DNA from: Paraphysomonas bandaiensis
Taxonomy: Eukaryota; Protista; Chrysophyceae
Assembly (NCBI GenBank): GCA_965644295.1
Contig: CBFFRP010000439.1
Coordinates: forward strand, 1 to 64,000
Direction of reading: 5' to 3'
Length of the DNA stretch: 64,000 bases
Part shown: piece after piece, positions 47,219 through 61,837 of the stretch
How positions within the stretch are numbered: position 1 is the first letter of the stretch
Layout: each line of letters starts with the position of its first letter
The notes under the pieces: generated by a model
The model's input: only the letters and a program-made list of their open reading frames with translations
The model's database searches: none
What the model was told of the DNA's origin: nothing
Position numbers and translations under genes: made by a program

Positions 47219-50039
47219 CTAAAAAGTCTTTATGACAGTCATCATCATGCGAGACCCAATGAGGAGAAAGCTGATGAAAATATAGAACTTTGAAGTCACG
47301 AATAGTGCTGGCATGACAGGTATGCCTAAGATGCAGGGATATGGGTCGTACTTTCGGATTTGACTTGTCATCTCCATCAGTCCCTGTCTACTCGCCTCCA
47401 TAGTACCTCTAGCACTCATAGTTCTCTTCAGTGCTGGCGGCCCCGCTCCTTGAAGTGAGTCGCTCATTATTCTCTGGATCTGGGGAAGCATCGGTTTGCG
47501 TCCTGAACCAGGAGGCTGGGATCTCCCCTTCGGAGAAGTAGGCGCCAAAGGAGTAGAGATAGCGCTTTGAGAATGGACTTTGATACTAAGCGGAGCTTCA
47601 GCACTTGTGCCTTCAGATCCTCCAGCTTCAGTCTCCCTGGCCTGCTGATGTTGCTGCTGTTTCATCTCGGCATCAGCGGCCGCTATAGCAGCCTCCGCTG
47701 CTCCGGCACTACCCGTCCTCCGGATGCCTCGTCCTCCGCGGAGCAGCCCCTCCCGTTCTCCTCGTCTGCCGTCCCGTTCTAGACCAAATAGAGCACCACT
47801 ACTGGCACTGTTGGATAGACGAGATAGAGAGGAAACCAGTTTTAGAGCCCCATTGCTCAGAGTGTGAGTAAGAGATGGTGAGGCAGTGCGATTGCCAGTG
47901 GGCTCCACTCCAAGGGCATCATCAAAGTAGAAGTCATCTGCTTCATCAAATGCAAAATTTTCAAAATCGTCCGTCCCAGACGCAGCACCACCAGTGCCAC
48001 TTGCAGTAGAAGTGGCCGGAACAGGGCTCTTAGTGCCTCCATCCTCCAATTGGTGCATTTCCCAATCGGATGGTGTGGCCAAACTGCACAAATCACGGTT
48101 ACACTTATGAAATATCAGATCTGCATAGTAGTACGTACTTCGCACTGGAAGTGCCACGCCGTAACAGCATCATGCTTTTCTTCTGAAGTCCAACAATATG
48201 CCGCCGCTGCTCCTCGAATGTGGACGTCGCAAGAGTAAAAATCCTGTATATGACAGGGCTCATTACAACATGATCAGCAGTGTGAATGTATGCATCGAAC
48301 CGTATAAGGCAGCAAGTGAGGTACAACGAAGCATATCCACAATAGCTTCCAGGGGGTTCCAACATCGCATCGTAGCCCTCTCTGTATATTTGGGCGGCAA
48401 GCACCATAAATACACTCAAAGTTATCAGGAAGGTTGCAGACACCGCCAGACCGCCTATGTCATAGTCTAAAGCCAGGTCTTCGTTCAAAACGAAATTCCT
48501 GAACCACAACAATGGTACGTGAATGCCGTAAATGCTGTTAGGTCATATTATATACCGGCAGTTCCACCACGAATCCATCTTCTGCTCATTCAAATCTTCT
48601 ACCAGATCCGTCAAGCAGGCCACCCTTTCATAGTTGCGCCGGTAGAGCGTGATGAGCCGTCCGAAGAATCCCACATGTAGTATAAGCGTGCTGAGTAATA
48701 TAATAAGGAGGTTAAGTAGGATTAAAAGGCTATAAGTGTAAGAAGCCGGCAATTTCTCCCAGTTGTGCCTGTAGTAATACATAACTAGTTAATGTATTCT
48801 ATAATAAAGGGTGGATGATCTAACCAGCCAAGAAGTATGAAGGAGAGAGCGGCAATAACACCAAAAAATACCCACGGAACATTCCCTGTGATATACATGA
48901 ATATAGTGACTAACACACCACAGCATGTGTATCTCTTTACCTTCAGGCCTCACTGGGGAGGCCGGCGGGCCCCACTTCTGTATAATTCCTTCCCTGAGGT
49001 GGTACGCAAGCAGATCTTCACTTTTCAGCCAGTCCTCAGCCGCCTTGCGATCCACAAGCTCCTCCTTTGCAACTCTCCACGCCATGCATACCGCCATTAC
49101 AAGTACCACAGAGAAGAAAGAAAAAAATGACGTTTGCGCCATTGTGTATATGCTTAATAGTTCCTACCAACGTAGTATGAGTAAGAAAGAAACAAAATTA
49201 TGCTTTCACGCCTACCTCTCCATTTTCATACCCACAACCAGCCTTTACTGTATCTGCAGGGTGCTGTCGTGGGATGCTGGCGGACCTACAGAAATAGTAA
49301 CACCCTGTGATTAGATACCTATAAGTGCATAAGCACCCACCATGACGCGAGACAAGTGCCACAACTGCTAAAGCAGAGTGGAGCTCCGCCAAGTCTATGT
49401 CCAGTCACCGAGAGAGAAAGGACCACCAACAAGAACGACGCAGAGAAAATAGGAAGTACTCTAGCAATATGGTCAGGTCATTCGAACATATGCAAGACTT
49501 CATGTAATACTCGGTACCACAATAATCAAACACATTACATACTTTGGAGAGAAAAACTCTTCTATGGACGCCTGGAAAGTAAGGCGAAATCTCCTGAAGC
49601 CAGGAACAACTCGATTCGCCTGTCTGGTGCCTATGATGAAGAGTATGTTGTAAAATATCCAAACAGCGATGGGGAGTATGGAGTAAGTGCGTTCCCCTGT
49701 GTATAAGAAGGGAGTGACGGAGCAGACGAGGACCAGAAGGTGCCAAAACAAATCCCACTGAAAGGTGAACTTATGAACACGTAGAGCGAAGTTCTGAATG
49801 ACAGAGTTGTTGAAGCACACGTTCCATGCTTGGCTGAGGATGGTGTCCTGCTGCACGCTGGTGACAGTGCCATCATACGACAAGCTGCGGGCTCTGCTTC
49901 TCGCCTACCACACCACTCATAACAACACACACCTGCAGACACACCCGCCACTGCATATACATACATACATACATACAATACCACAACACATACATAACAT
50001 ACGCACCTTACGGTTCCGAACGACACCACTCAAGAGCAT
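47219..50039 (-). CDS. PHTF-like multi-pass membrane protein (candidate 7TM ion-channel/gustatory-receptor-like fold)
   Basis: Multiple TM segments; WWNCRNFV..AVSATFLITLSVFMVLAAQ and terminal IRKYDPYPCILGIPVMPALF resemble conserved PHTF blocks as I recall them. Confidence 0.6.
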
Positions 50040-50533
50040 ATTACAGATACTGGGATGTATATTTCATAGCAGAGCTACGGGCTGAGTGGGCTGCGCTGCT
50101 GTTTCTAAGCTGGTTAAGCTGCCTGCTACTGCAGAGCTGGAGATACATACACATACATACATATACATACATATACATACATACATACATGCGTATACTC
50201 CGCTGTACTACACCTTCTGCTGGTTGATTGTACACTGGAAGCTGCTGACGGTGTAGTGGATACACAGAGATGTCAGAATATCGTATACTAGTATACGTAC
50301 TTCCGTATACTATGCACAAGTGAATAGTGTATATATACGGTACTCCTACCGTATACTGCTGCTATATCAATCGTATCCCGCATGTAACATGCACAGCAGT
50401 ATGAGCGCTGTATGCACCAACTGCTCCTGGTGCTCCTGTACGGATACATGCATATAAATATCACACATACACACACACACAAGCACGATCAATATATAGA
50501 CCCATCCATCCACCTGTCTCCATATCTGATCTG

Positions 50534-52819
50534 ATGTCGGTCTCTATGCCCCTTCGGCGTAATTCGTTGTTGTGTGTGTTGTATGTGTGTGTGTTTTCAT
50601 GTCTGCATATATATGCACAGGGAGATGACGGGGGAGCCTGTAATAAAGACGAGGACGATGAGATTGAGGAGTGGATCTCATACGGGGGGTTTCTTATCTT
50701 CTTCCTCATTGCAGGAGTGTCCTTCTGGGGTCTCGCTGTTGTGTGTGAGGACTTCTTTGTGCCTGCTCTCAATCTTTTGTGTGATGATCTCAGTCTACCT
50801 GATGATGTTGCGGGGGCGACTATTATGGCTGCTGGGAACTCTTCTCCTGAGCTATTTGCATGCTTTGTATCGTTATTTATAACCAAGACTGCTCTTGGTG
50901 CTGGTACAGCTATCGGATCGGCGATATTCAACCATCTCTGTATATGTGCTGGATCGATACTTTACGCACAAGACGGCACACTCACGCTTAACTGGAAAAT
51001 CTTAGCGCGCGAATGCTTATTCTACTTCGCTTCACTTATGATTCTCGTGTGGGCACTCAAGGGTAACCTGGCAGGCGCATTTAAACATGCGATGGACCAC
51101 GTGGGAGGCACCCCGTCAGACACCTGTCTTGATGTCCACTGGTACCAGGCCTTTACTCTTGTTATCGGATACGTGCTCTATGCACTCACGTGCTCCTACT
51201 ACTCCTCGATTATTTCATTTCTGTTTCCAGAGGAGCCAAGCGAAAAGGATGCGGATGAGGACAAAAGTAAAACTGTAGAAGAGCGAAGAAGTACTGTCAT
51301 AAGGAAGACAACCTCGGGTGATATATCCCAGACAACTGCATTACATATGGTAGACGCCACAGCAGATGCCATTGACATTGGTAAATGCGGTACAGCTATT
51401 CCCCTGGAGACATATGAGGAACCTGTTCCCTTGCACCCTGGCCTTTCATTTTCTAGCCAGGCGTCATTTTCGCGAGGCACTATTGGTAACACAATTGGAT
51501 ACGTACACACTTTAGCCAAACCGTCAGTCATTTCCCCCCCAAAAGATCAAAGTCAACAACACCCCTCTCATGTAGATGATGATGGTGTATTGTTGGTACC
51601 TGTAAACACTAACACAACAGGAAACCCCTTGCAACAACAAAAGGGTAACGGTATCCCCAATACCTCATCGCTACAGCACACCGAGGCCCTTCGTCTGGCT
51701 CAGATAGCTGCAAGCAGGGTCGGAGAAGCGGATGACGACTTAGAGTCATCGGGTTCTAGGGCATCTTACAGCCCAGATGTAGTCCCGAAGGATGCGACTT
51801 ACAAGTGCTGGATGTACAAGCGTAGTAAGTTTTACTCCCGTTTGCGCGTACTGTCGTCACAGAAGTGGCAGCTGCGCTACTTCGTGCTGGACAGTGACGG
51901 GCTCCGATATAGTCGAGACATTGCCGAAACAACCGGTGGCGTGCAAATTAAAACTGTAAACATATTTGAGGCCACAGATGTGTATGCCACTGACTTGGAT
52001 CTGTTCGAATTTGTTATAGCTACCAAGAAAACCAAGTACACTTTTCGGTGCCCAAACGAAACTGACTTCATGGGGATGTTTTCCGTTCTTGCGAAAGATA
52101 TTGCTAACTACAGGAGTATGGGAGAAGACGAGAGGGCAGCTCTGGCAAAGGAAGCTGACGAGAAACTAAGGGCTATGGGTAATGAAGCACTTCATGAGGG
52201 TGCTGAGCACCACCTCCTATCAACACCTCCTGATACTGTTGGGCGACTGATTCATTATTTTCTGTTGCCTATCAAAGTGATGTTTTTCTACACTATACCC
52301 GATATTTCACCGGGGGTTGAAGGAGCGACGCCAGAAGACGATGTGAAGCCTGTCTACAAGGTGACGGTGTTCATGTGTGTTGTTTGGTTGGCTATTTTAT
52401 CGTATGCCATGAACTTTGCCTTGGAGGAGCTGGGTGCCTTCTTCGGTATATCATCTTCTGTGCTGGGTCTAACTTTCGGAGCTGCTGGTACTTCTTTCCC
52501 TAACCTATTGTCATCGATGATAGTGGCTAGACAAGGACTAGGTAACATGGCTGTTTCTAACGCTTTTGGATCGAATGTATTCTGCATATTTTTTGGGCTA
52601 GGCTTCCCATGGTTTATTTTCATTCTCAGCCAAGGAGGAGACCCATACGATGGACTTAAAGATGAAGGGATTGTATTCTCTGTCGTTATACTCTTGGTGG
52701 TGCTGATGGCTTTTCTGTTGCTTTTAGGACTATATAAGTTCACTATGCACTACTGGATGGGTATCACATTCCTGTCACTGTACGGGGTCTATTTAATATT
52801 CGCAATAGCACTTGGATAA
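50534..52819 (+). CDS. NCKX/SLC24-type cation/Ca2+ exchanger with a PH domain in the central loop (intronless)
   Basis: VCEDFFVPAL, alpha1 GATIMAAGNSSPELF, alpha2 GLTFGAAGTSFPN..GSNVFC; PH motifs WMYKRS..WQLRYFVL..YTFRC. Confidence 0.9.
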   Translation: MSVSMPLRRNSLLCVLYVCVFSCLHIYAQGDDGGACNKDEDDEIEEWISYGGFLIFFLIAGVSFWGLAVVCEDFFVPALNLLCDDLSLPDDVAGATIMAAGNSSPELFACFVSLFITKTALGAGTAIGSAIFNHLCICAGSILYAQDGTLTLNWKILARECLFYFASLMILVWALKGNLAGAFKHAMDHVGGTPSDTCLDVHWYQAFTLVIGYVLYALTCSYYSSIISFLFPEEPSEKDADEDKSKTVEERRSTVIRKTTSGDISQTTALHMVDATADAIDIGKCGTAIPLETYEEPVPLHPGLSFSSQASFSRGTIGNTIGYVHTLAKPSVISPPKDQSQQHPSHVDDDGVLLVPVNTNTTGNPLQQQKGNGIPNTSSLQHTEALRLAQIAASRVGEADDDLESSGSRASYSPDVVPKDATYKCWMYKRSKFYSRLRVLSSQKWQLRYFVLDSDGLRYSRDIAETTGGVQIKTVNIFEATDVYATDLDLFEFVIATKKTKYTFRCPNETDFMGMFSVLAKDIANYRSMGEDERAALAKEADEKLRAMGNEALHEGAEHHLLSTPPDTVGRLIHYFLLPIKVMFFYTIPDISPGVEGATPEDDVKPVYKVTVFMCVVWLAILSYAMNFALEELGAFFGISSSVLGLTFGAAGTSFPNLLSSMIVARQGLGNMAVSNAFGSNVFCIFFGLGFPWFIFILSQGGDPYDGLKDEGIVFSVVILLVVLMAFLLLLGLYKFTMHYWMGITFLSLYGVYLIFAIALG

Positions 52820-53210
52820 TGTTACAACAGTTTCGCTTTCTATAAAGGCATTTGCACGAGTTCTACACATTTTGTTCACAGTCGAGGGATTTTAATTCGT
52901 GGAGAAGAAGTAGTGTCGTGATATCCTATCTTTACTTGTTTGCATTCTTGTGCCGAGTAGTTGCTTTAGATATTGACAACTGAGCCTATACCCGTAATAA
53001 TCAGTGTAGGTTGTTCATGCAACCTCTTTTATGTAGTATTGAATAACAAAACTGCACCGAATCGATTTTTAATACAACCTAGCCGAAACGATTGAATCAT
53101 GAGGCACACCATTAATTATTGAGTGAGTTCAACATACCCTGATTGAAACCTTCCTTCCAAATACATACTTATAAAAGCAATCTGGTTCAGTTGATTTACC
53201 TACTCCTTGA

Positions 53211-53330
53211 CGGCGCTGCGTAACAATTAATTGCAACCTTCCAGCGAGCAATTAAATTGCAATTACTACGTATATTCCATACAATTTAATTGCAATTAAC
53301 TGCTATTCAATTAATAATTACGCAGCCCTG
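53211..53330. mobile_element. hAT-type MITE, 120 bp
   Basis: Imperfect ~23-bp TIR (CAGGGCTGCGTAATTATTAATTG) and 8-bp TSD CTCCTTGA at 53203-53210 and 53331-53338. Confidence 0.88.
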
Positions 53331-53854
53331 CTCCTTGAGCACTTGTCCTTCTTGTAACTATTATAAAACACAATATGTTATATCTGTAACTGATAACTGA
53401 TATTATAACCTTCTCAAAGTAATAAATTATTCAACCTTGTCAATATCTGTTATTAACCATAAATTGTGGAAAATAACTACACATTACAGAATACGGAATA
53501 GGTAAAGATAAAGTAAAACTAACTCAGCATAGATCGTTCGTTTGTTCAGCAATTTCAGTGTTTGAGAGTAGAATGGAGAAATATATCAACATGGGCAGAA
53601 GCCTTGCGTTCCAATGAAGAACTAGTGACCTTGAAACTTATCAGAGTATCTGAACAGATTAAAACATAGAAAGTAAATAGCTTATAGTAGAACCATGACC
53701 ACAGCGGACGAAATATAGTAATTATTTATTTATTACTTCAGCAGATGTATTTCAGTTTAATATTTAGAAGAATAGTACAGTTTCTTCTTAATGAGAGTAC
53801 TCAATTTAAATAATAAGTCTAATAAGCACTATCGCTATCGCTATCTTTATACTG

Positions 53855-54200
53855 CAAAGAACTTGTGCGTCCCTCGAGCACTGAGATGAAGCTACTCTTG
53901 CTATCAATCACACAAAGCAGACGGAGTGAGCTAGCAGAATGTTAATATACTTGACATCCACTGGCTATTAAGTGGTTAAGTCCTTACGGTTTTCTCCTCC
54001 CAGATGCCTTACTTCAGCAGGCAGCCCCCAACCCGCATAGCCTCGTCGAGCAGGCCTATTCGCAGGTGCCTGTTCACTCGTCAAGTCAAACCAGATGTCT
54101 ACACAAGTGGCACTTTGACTTGAAGTCCTTGCGCCACACAAGCATTTACTGGAAGTAGGTAGAACAACACCAACAGGTGCAAGTCCTTCTGACAGGGGGG
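53855..54200 (-). mobile_element. Old, diverged copy of the ribozyme-headed retroposon
   Basis: Collinear blocks (CTTCAGCAGGCAGCCC, GTCTACACAAGTGGCACTT, CCACACAAGCATT, AGGTGCAAGTCC) match the other copies. Confidence 0.7.
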
Positions 54201-54724
54201 TTGTTCGTATCGGCAGTCATCATATTGTTTCGGAAATAAATTGAAGCAAATATCTTCCACATTACTGATATAGAACTACGGCTGGAATACAGATAAATTT
54301 TGTCTCAAAAATAGGCTTTTTGAACAAATATATATACAAATAGCTGTATACACACTGCACTACACTGCACTACAAGTACCTGTACGTATACATATATATA
54401 TAGTAGAGCACTGTATTCGAAAGGTATACCACGGTATACTCGAGGAAATATACAGCACTGCTGGATATCTTGTTGGTCTTATACCAGTATACGGCGGTAT
54501 AAAGACCAAGGATACACTATAGGCAGTGTGCTGCTGTGTATGTATGTATATGGGACTGTACTACACTGCACATATATACACAGTAGGTACATGTAGGTAT
54601 GTATGTATAGACTGCAGTCACTGCCAGCAACTCACTCCCCGCATATCTATCTGCTGACAGCCACGTAGAGATATAGACACACATTCTTGTGAGGGAAGTC
54701 AAATCAGTGATAGCCCCTGTTACC

Positions 54725-55585
<861 letters not shown>

Positions 55586-56106
55586 GGAGCTGTACTGTCT
55601 AGAAACAGGAGGTTGTTGCTGATCATTTGTGCTTGCCGGTATCGATGAACGCAGTATACTGCTGTGATTAGGTGCTTGTAATGATTACTTTTACCTGCAT
55701 ATCTCCTGAATCAAAATTTTTACTCTCAGTGGTGTACAAATGTAGGGTGACATTTAAGCTATTTAATTATACTACGCAGCCACGCTTTGGAATTGCAGTT
55801 GCACACAACAGCACTATTTTTGCCTGATCCTGTATTTTTATGACAATACTATAGAAATTTACGATAGTGGATGTTACTGTATCGGTGATAGCTGCAATAT
55901 ACTCTAGACTCTAGAAAATATATTTACATGCAATATCCTAACAATTTCCCCTTCAGTTAGTAAGTAGAAGTAGGCATTATATCAGGTATAATGTATAATC
56001 TGTTTTTCCTTCTCTCGAAAGTGCAGATCAACTATTTCAAGATCCTCCACCACAGGTTGTACTGCATCAAAGATAGAACTGATGCAGATGCCGTTCGCCG
56101 TTCCAG

Positions 56107-56551
56107 TAGTGAATGTCTTATTATATTATTATTAGCAATAGGCGCTTAAGAGTCAGTGCTTAACTCTGATGTCCTACTATTTAACGCTACGGAAGCTGCT
56201 TATGCGTGATCAAAGGTGCAACCACTTTCGCTCTATTACTCAAAGCAAACCCAGTGAGCAAGCAGAATGTTGATATACCTGACATCTGCTGACTTCAGGT
56301 TTTTTGAGTCCTTAAGGTGGACTTCTCGGTGGGCCCACTTCCGGATGCCTGTTTATTAGCCATTCGTCAGGGCTCAAAGAAGTCTACACAAGTGACACTT
56401 ATTAGTGTCCCTTGTACCACACAAGCATTCGGCTATGAGTGGGCAGAACAATATCTGCTGTACATCTGTACGTTAGTTTCCCAGAGATAATCTCTCCGGT
56501 ACTTATCCCCCAGAACACCACGAAAAAATGCGAGTCCAACTTTGTTGAGGG
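56107..56551 (-). mobile_element. Near full-length ribozyme-headed retroposon
   Basis: Both termini are present (CCCTCAACAAAG.. and ..AAGACATTCACTA on the minus strand); no TSD seen. Confidence 0.85.
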
Positions 56552-56851
56552 TAAAGAAGCTCTAAGTCTTGAATTTATGCTGTCCTTTATTCTGCGTTAA
56601 ATTCAGCTTTTAATTCTTGCTTACTAATAAGCAAAACCCAACAAACAATAGTATCTTGAGCAACCACAAAATACAGAAAATGTATACTCAACACAGAAAA
56701 AAGGTTAGATTGAAAAATTTATTGTTGTTACAATTGATTTCAAAAATAAATGATACGGGTAAAGATAATAAAAATAATGCAGTGTCATGAACATCGGCCT
56801 GGATAGCTTAATATTCATTAACTTTGAAAACAACTACGCCCTCCAGCTTCA

Positions 56852-59800
56852 TCACATGTCTAAGGACGAAACGCAAAAATCAAAAGCATTCGAGAACAGC
56901 TTTACCCAAGGGCTTGCCCGAGACTCAGATTGTGACTGTGATAAAGGTGGTTGACGCCACTCCATGGGTGCGTAAGGCCACTGCCAGCCGATGAAACACC
57001 TCTCTGGATGAGGCATCTGATATAGAAATAAGACCACATACCATACACCTTTAACGTACCATTGCCAGGTGACGCCCATCCCTGGAACATAGGGCAGCAA
57101 TACCGCAAGCAGAACCATTCGGGTTCATGGGGTACTTTTCAGTAGGAGTCCAGGCGTCATCCACGTACCGTATGGGTGCGAGACCGTCATCCAGAGCTTT
57201 CTGCAATTGCCGTTTACTGCCTGTCTTGTCTCCCGGAAACACCACTCGCCCTTCTCCATGAGCAGACCATATACCGAGAACGGCATCCGCCATCCCTCTC
57301 AGGAATACTGGTTGCGCCTGTGACGGTCCCGGAGGCATCACTCTCACAGTGCACCAGCGGCTCTCGAACCGCCCCGAGATATTATGAACAAAACGAGGTT
57401 GGGACTCTTCCACAAACTCGGTTTCTTGGAAAGGGACCCAACCCATTAGAGCCATCAGCTGGCACCCGTTGCATACACCTGAACAAGTAACATAACATCG
57501 CGCATTTTTGGGCACGCTGCCGGGACAACAAATCTCACCTAAGCTAAAAGTGTCAACTCGATCTTTGAATGCTTTAAACATCGCTTTCAATGTAGAGTTA
57601 AAGCGGATCGCACCCGCCCACCCTTTCGCACTACCATTAACGTCCGCATAACTGAATCCACCACAGAATATTACACCCCGGAAGCAAGAAAGATCTATCT
57701 CTCCGGACATCAGATCCCTCATGTTAACATCCCATGGCTCGAATCCCGTCCAATAGAAGGCAGACATCATCTCCCTGTCCCCATTCGTACCTTCTTCTCT
57801 AAGTATTGCTACACGTGGTCGAGAAGACAGAGGATTGTGGGGAGTCAATTCATACTTGAAGGTCAGACGGTATGGGCATCCATATCTAGTTAGTAAACTC
57901 TCTTTCTCCTGGTTTACGCACAACACGTTACATTGTCGAGATTCAAGTGCAAAAGAGGTTGACTCCCAGACATCTCTGAGTTTTGCAACTTCTCCCTGCA
58001 CAACAGACCGCCCCCCATAACACACAGATACGTCACCACGCACATTTCCTGTCCGCCCCAATCGCACACAGGGCACTGAAGATGATGTAAAGGCCCGCAT
58101 AACAAACTCGGTGTTATGAGGCAACACCTCTAGTACGAGCCCGAGATCTTCACTGAACAGAGCTTGTAGTGCCTTGATCTCACTTGTATCACCAGAAGGG
58201 TCAGCTGGAACATCAACTCTAAGTCCGCAATTTCCAGCAAAAGCCATCTCCAGTAGACATACAATTAGCCCACCATCTGACCTGTTAAAACAGATGTGGT
58301 GGTACACTAATCAGCGAATATCAGTTACTTTACCTGTCATGCCCAGACAGAATGACATTTTCGTTCAACAGGAGCTGTACTGTCTCAAAAGCTCTCCTGA
58401 GCAAAAGTGGGTCTCTCACATCAGCACATGTATCCCCTAACTGCCCATACACCGTGCTGAGGGCAGTGCCACCGAGAGCACGCCCTCCATCACGCAACCC
58501 CGATAAGTCTACGTAGATGATCTCTCCTGTACCATATGCTTTCAAGTCTGGAGTTACGGTTTGGGTTATATCGGGACAAGCGGCGTACACTGTGAGTGTG
58601 ACCTGGCCAGGAGCAGGTACTATCTCGCCATCCACCTACGTTAACAGTGCTCAGAAAACTTATACGACACCACTATACTCCTTCACCGTGGCTGCCATTG
58701 ACAGTGAGTCTTTCCCACCGTCAATGCTGGGACCCAGTGTAAGCAAGAAATTACTTATGGCTTCGCATGTCTCCCACATCTTGGCTCCTTCGCCCTCAAG
58801 TTTCGCAGCCCACATCCAGTTGCAGCTCGCCTTCACATCACACAACCCCGTCACTCGTGCCCACATTAGATTGGTTAGTGCTTCTCCCGCCGTTAATCTA
58901 GCCTGCAGGTCAGCATATATTACACACTCAAGGCGCATACACAGAAAGATTCGCACCTGTGCTGCACTATTAATTAACCCTTTTATTGGCTGCTCTCCGA
59001 CAGCGGTAGCTACTCCAGTGACACCGAAATGGCTTTGCGCAAGAACTGCCACATCTGCCAGTGGTGTATGTAGGGGTCCTACGCACTGTTGTTGCGACAC
59101 AAGACCAGTTACACTGCGGTCCACCTTGTTAGTTAGGAATCGCTTGCTGCCAACATCCATAAGCCGTAGTACTCTGAAAACATATGTCAAAATCTGTGCA
59201 GTACAAATCAGTGACAGAAGTGACCTCTCAAGTGCGCCTGCCACCGTAATGTTTGTCGGTAGATCTAGAGAGTGTAGATCCTTTACAGGAGAGGTGAACG
59301 TGAAAGTTTTTTGAGGCATCTTTCCGAGTACCATAGACAATGGCAAATCGAAAGGTACACTTCCGTCTACAGAATCACGAACGACAACCTGCCATTTTCA
59401 CTCATCATTCCAAAACAAACCATCACTACACCTAAGCATGTTTCACTTACCCTACCATTACCCGTTACTCTGCCCACAGGGCTCACAGGACAATTCTCAC
59501 GCTCCCCTAACTTCAGAACTGTCGAAAGAAATTCCTCATGTACCAGGATCGCATTGTTCTCCTGGTATTCGGCTCCCCATATCTGAATCCAATCAACGTG
59601 TCAAATATGCACACCCTATTGATAGCAATAATCACCTCCATCACAGAAAGAGTTGGGTCTCCAAGAGGAATACTGCGGATATCATACACAGCCCCAAGCG
59701 GGTCTACCACTTCCTTTAGCACGTTGCCATTACCTCCAGCTCCTTGGTCATGTATAGAAACTATGGGATTTGACTCCCCCATCTCCACGCATCCACGAAT

Positions 59801-61454
59801 CACCCTATTCATACGATTTTCCATTTGTGCGTCACCCCGCTGAACAGCATTGAAGTCAAGGTGTGATTCAACCGTTCCTTGTTCGCGACTGGAGGCAGCA
59901 CCCCCGCCCAGGCCTATGCGGTACGCAGGTCCACCCAGCTTACATACAACCATTCCCACCTCTGGCGCACCTTTGCAAGCATGTGTCGAGTCTAGCGCAC
60001 CCACACCTGCAGTGAACATGATAGGCTTTATCCATTCTATCCGCCTGCCCTTCGTCCCCGTCACTGATGTATGAAGCCGCAGCCCAAAAGATCTGGCGAA
60101 TCCACACACAACCGGCTCCCCGTATTTGTTTCCATAGTCGGATGCGCCATTCGACGCTTCTACAACAATCTCCCTGGGATGCGCAAGGGTAGAACTATAG
60201 TTCTCAGGTGTCTCCCAGGGAAGAGGATGGGAGGGCAAGTGAAGATTTCCTACACAGTAACCGCAAATTCCAGCGACAGTGTGCGCCCCTCTTCCTGTTG
60301 CTTGAACATCCCTGAGTCGCCCACCGGTACCTGTCTCCGCCCCTGGAAAGGGGGCAACACCGCTAAATTATCACAAGACAATGAACACAATAACACCAAA
60401 AAGGTACATGATACCTAGGAAAATTGTGTGTCTCAGCTGTGAGAATGGGGTGCAAAGTTACCCGTCTCAGGATCATGCGAGAAGCAGAAGTGGGGTCTGA
60501 TGAGCAGAGCACATTAACGTCAAAGCCATATATAGCCTGCGCATGCACATATATTACATACAAAGACTAAGAAGGTAATTGCATGCAATCACCGATGAGT
60601 TGTCATGGAACGCTATTACAGAATTTGACGGCTGCTTGCTGGCTAATGAAAGAGTTGATTTGACCATTGAGAACAGTGTTCTGTCTTTCTCTTGCCCGTC
60701 CACCACAATTCGCCCAGAAAAAAACCAATGGCGAGAATGTTCGCTATTGGACTGAGCCAAGTCAAAACACTATGAGGATAATAAATCTGTAATATTACAT
60801 AATAAAAGTATGACACAGAACCTCAACATCGCTCGGATCACGTCCGAGTTTGTTTTTGAAGAGGTCAGTATAGTAGTCCAGGTCCCAGTCATCAAACCCC
60901 AGTCCCCTCTCCAAATTTATTCGCTCGAGGGCTTCTCGTCCCTCCCGCATGACCGGCACTCTTATGACCCTCTCTGTCGACCCCTCTATATCAAACCTCT
61001 GTATGGGGGCCTTGTACACGCTCTCTGTCATACGGTCATACAGAGACCGCTCTAAGCCCTCTAGATCATAAGCAGTGAGCTCATCGACACTGCTAGAGGT
61101 GATGGCATATCTTCTGCTCCTCTCAACTCTATGCACGGAAGATATGCCGCATGATCGACACATCGACACACAGTTTGAGCTCCATGACGACGAGAACGAC
61201 AGACGAGGACCCACCTCGATGATAACACTAGACGGGTTCAGAAACGAAGAGGAGGATGTGAGGGAGGGCTCATAGGTCTCTGAAAGGAGCCATACGAGTC
61301 TCTGGTGCTGTTGCTGACTATACGTGGATGGGTCGATCAGTATGTTGAAACACTCTTCACATGTGCCCCACACATCAACCCCTGCACCACCAATACACAC
61401 ACTCTCACCACCATACAATAGACGATACACGTGAATCACTTCGGCTTCAGACAT
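56852..61454 (-). CDS. PFAS: Phosphoribosylformylglycinamidine synthase (large PurL/Ade6), multi-exon
   Basis: EVGPR, SNSEHSRHWFF, AETHNFP, HDQGAGGNGN, KRFLTNKVDRSV, IDGGKDSLSM, GVCNGCQL, HGEG, MPHPER. Confidence 0.97.
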
Positions 61455-61837
61455 AACTCCTCCACGTACACTGACATATACTTCAAACGCCACTTCGACT
61501 TCCACAGAATAGATCGCTCGGACCATATCATACGAAGTGCGTATCATATCGCACAAATACAGACAGAGACTACACGACCACAAAAAAAAACACAAAAGAA
61601 GCAACTCCAGGCAGAATACAGAACTCTCAACACACATATGTATGTATGTATGTATGTATTGTGAGGGAGAGCGGGTGTGAAAAAAACTTTTTTTTCTCTC
61701 TTCTTCAATCTTCTTTGATCGCGATTACAAAACTTGCTCACCTACATTAAACAGTACCATAAACCCACAATTACCATGATAAGCACTGCAAATCAAGGTG
61801 ATTTCTTCTACAATGTGTTGAAGCAACCTTCTCTCAC

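Noticed and set aside
56387-56551. IscB/TnpB/Fanzor omega-RNA reading of the repeat (ends ACTTTGTTGAGGG)
   Set aside because: No RuvC/HNH ORF nearby. The opposite strand gives a coherent HDV-like fold, and the TSDs plus tail-only copies favour retroposition.
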